Of a stretch of 64,000 nt of DNA, positions 62,862 to 64,000 are shown piece after piece. Source of the DNA: a virus; the IMG/VR virus record IMGVR_UViG_3300037245_003639. One strand, given 5' to 3'. Every line of letters starts with the position of its first letter. Position 1 is the first letter of the stretch. Both the position numbers and the translations under genes were made by a program. A model generated the notes under the pieces. The model did not search any database, was not told the origin of the DNA, and saw only the letters and a program-made list of their open reading frames with translations.

Positions 62862-63340
62862 TCCTGGTCTCCGAATCTAAGTCTGCGGATTCCCATTGAC
62901 CTGCTGAATTCGAGTTCATCGTCAATCATCTCATAGACTTTACCAACCATAACCTTAACCAGTTCCATTCTCCACCGCTGTAATCCTCCTGGCTCTCGCG
63001 GAAGTTCACGGGATATCTTCTGGCTATATTGCGTGGAGTTTATCAAACTTTGATCTTCGCCCATCAGGGTAATGTAAATCATGGTATCGCCACCGAATTG
63101 GGAGAACTGATCATTTACATTGAGTTCAGCTTTTATCCCAGCCTCGTTTTGGAACAAAGCTATCCTGGCAGTGGAATACTCAGCCGGGTCTGCTACACGT
63201 TGGCTTGAACCAAGTAATGTAAACTGACCCAATTGTGGGTGGGGTTGCTGTTGGAAGATATTTCCCACGTCACTAATCCAATCCCCGATTCCATTGCCTG
63301 GAGGGGGAACCTGGGCCAAACTTTTGTGCAACCAATTCAT
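62858..63340 (-). CDS. hypothetical protein, 160 aa
   Basis: ATGA overlap; ATTTCCGCGGAAGGAAAAG box in the 47-nt intercistronic gap upstream (63369-63386). Confidence 0.45.
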   Translation of the reverse strand: MNWLHKSLAQVPPPGNGIGDWISDVGNIFQQQPHPQLGQFTLLGSSQRVADPAEYSTARIALFQNEAGIKAELNVNDQFSQFGGDTMIYITLMGEDQSLINSTQYSQKISRELPREPGGLQRWRMELVKVMVGKVYEMIDDELEFSRSMGIRRLRFGDQE

Positions 63341-63389
63341 ATCCTTAGAATTGCCTCTAAAGGGGTGCTTTTCCTTCCGCGGAAATAGT

Positions 63390-63995
63390 TTAGAGATGTC
63401 GCTGAATCTTGCGAATGATATCTTTGCTCACAGGGCCAGTTCTATACCCTTGTCGCCAATCATTCGATTTTCGGAACGCTTCATTCTGAATGGGACAATA
63501 GGTGATACGACAACCATTATCTGCGTAACAGACGCCTTGAGACATGAAATCGGCTGGCAGAAGGCCCCCTGTGGCCTTGAGAATGATGCCTTTGTGGGGT
63601 CTATGGGCCTGATCAAGCGACAAATCAATAAGCATCGAATCCAAAACGATAGCTACAATGTGGCTGAGACCCGTATTGTCAATCGCTACTGAATAGGCCC
63701 CCTGAGCCAGCCATGCTTGACTTTCTTCTCTCGATTGGGGATATCCGCTTTTGGCATCGAAGAGTTCTACAAACTTAGGATTCATGACTTCGAACAGACA
63801 TGCTTGCGGACGGGCGCCGATTTTGAAGTGGTTGAGGACTTTGATAACGACTTTGGTTGAGGCTACACAGGAATCCACCTTGAACCACTTGAGGATTTCT
63901 GGTCTGCCATATTTGCAAAGCAGTTTGCAGATTCTATCCTGTCGTTTTGTCATCGGTGGAGTTCGATTCCCATGTTTCCAGGAACCACTCTTCAA
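63390..63995 (-). CDS. hypothetical protein, 201 aa
   Basis: ORF. Confidence 0.45.
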   Translation of the reverse strand: MKSGSWKHGNRTPPMTKRQDRICKLLCKYGRPEILKWFKVDSCVASTKVVIKVLNHFKIGARPQACLFEVMNPKFVELFDAKSGYPQSREESQAWLAQGAYSVAIDNTGLSHIVAIVLDSMLIDLSLDQAHRPHKGIILKATGGLLPADFMSQGVCYADNGCRITYCPIQNEAFRKSNDWRQGYRTGPVSKDIIRKIQRHL

Positions 63996-64000
63996 TAGTG

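Overview
This 64-kb window (about 50% GC) looks like the non-structural early/middle part of a large dsDNA bacteriophage or phage-like mobile element; the host cannot be named from the sequence. I recognised no capsid, tail, terminase, lysis, rRNA, CRISPR, IS or integrase genes. From 1 to 27.6 kb the genes are mostly plus-strand. They include a GroES-like co-chaperonin, a large SNF2-family helicase on the minus strand, a ClpS-like adaptor, an FtsH-like AAA+/M41 protease without a membrane anchor, two Tat-signal proteins, and a translationally coupled ACP/NADAR operon. From 27.9 to 64 kb there are about 70 short minus-strand genes. Almost every one has its own near-consensus sigma70-type promoter (TTGACA-N16/17-TATACT) and a strong SD. 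Several are leaderless, with the ATG 6-7 nt after the -10. Recognisable genes in this block are an ArdC-like antirestriction/zincin protein at its head, a RuvB-like ATPase, a KAKP-repeat protein and a hot-dog thioesterase. The most unusual feature is a 24-kb sub-block (27.8-51.6 kb) saturated with a 15-bp element, CACTTGAGATCAGTG. I counted 27 copies; 22 of the 27 are in one orientation. They sit at cistron boundaries, and at six loci a second inverted copy gives 15-16-bp perfect stems. The same region carries two other repeat families: a 12-14-bp perfect palindrome TTTTCCGCGGAAAA, and clusters of direct iteron-like AATTYCGTGTTG repeats. It also holds about 10 copies of a roughly 60-bp promoter-leader cassette and a tRNA-like gene with an aberrant anticodon arm. 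There are several promoter-plus-terminator units without ORFs that are candidate sRNAs. A 1.4-kb repeat-dense non-coding region at 51.2-52.6 kb is a candidate origin or packaging region. All functional calls are by eye from motifs and are hypotheses.
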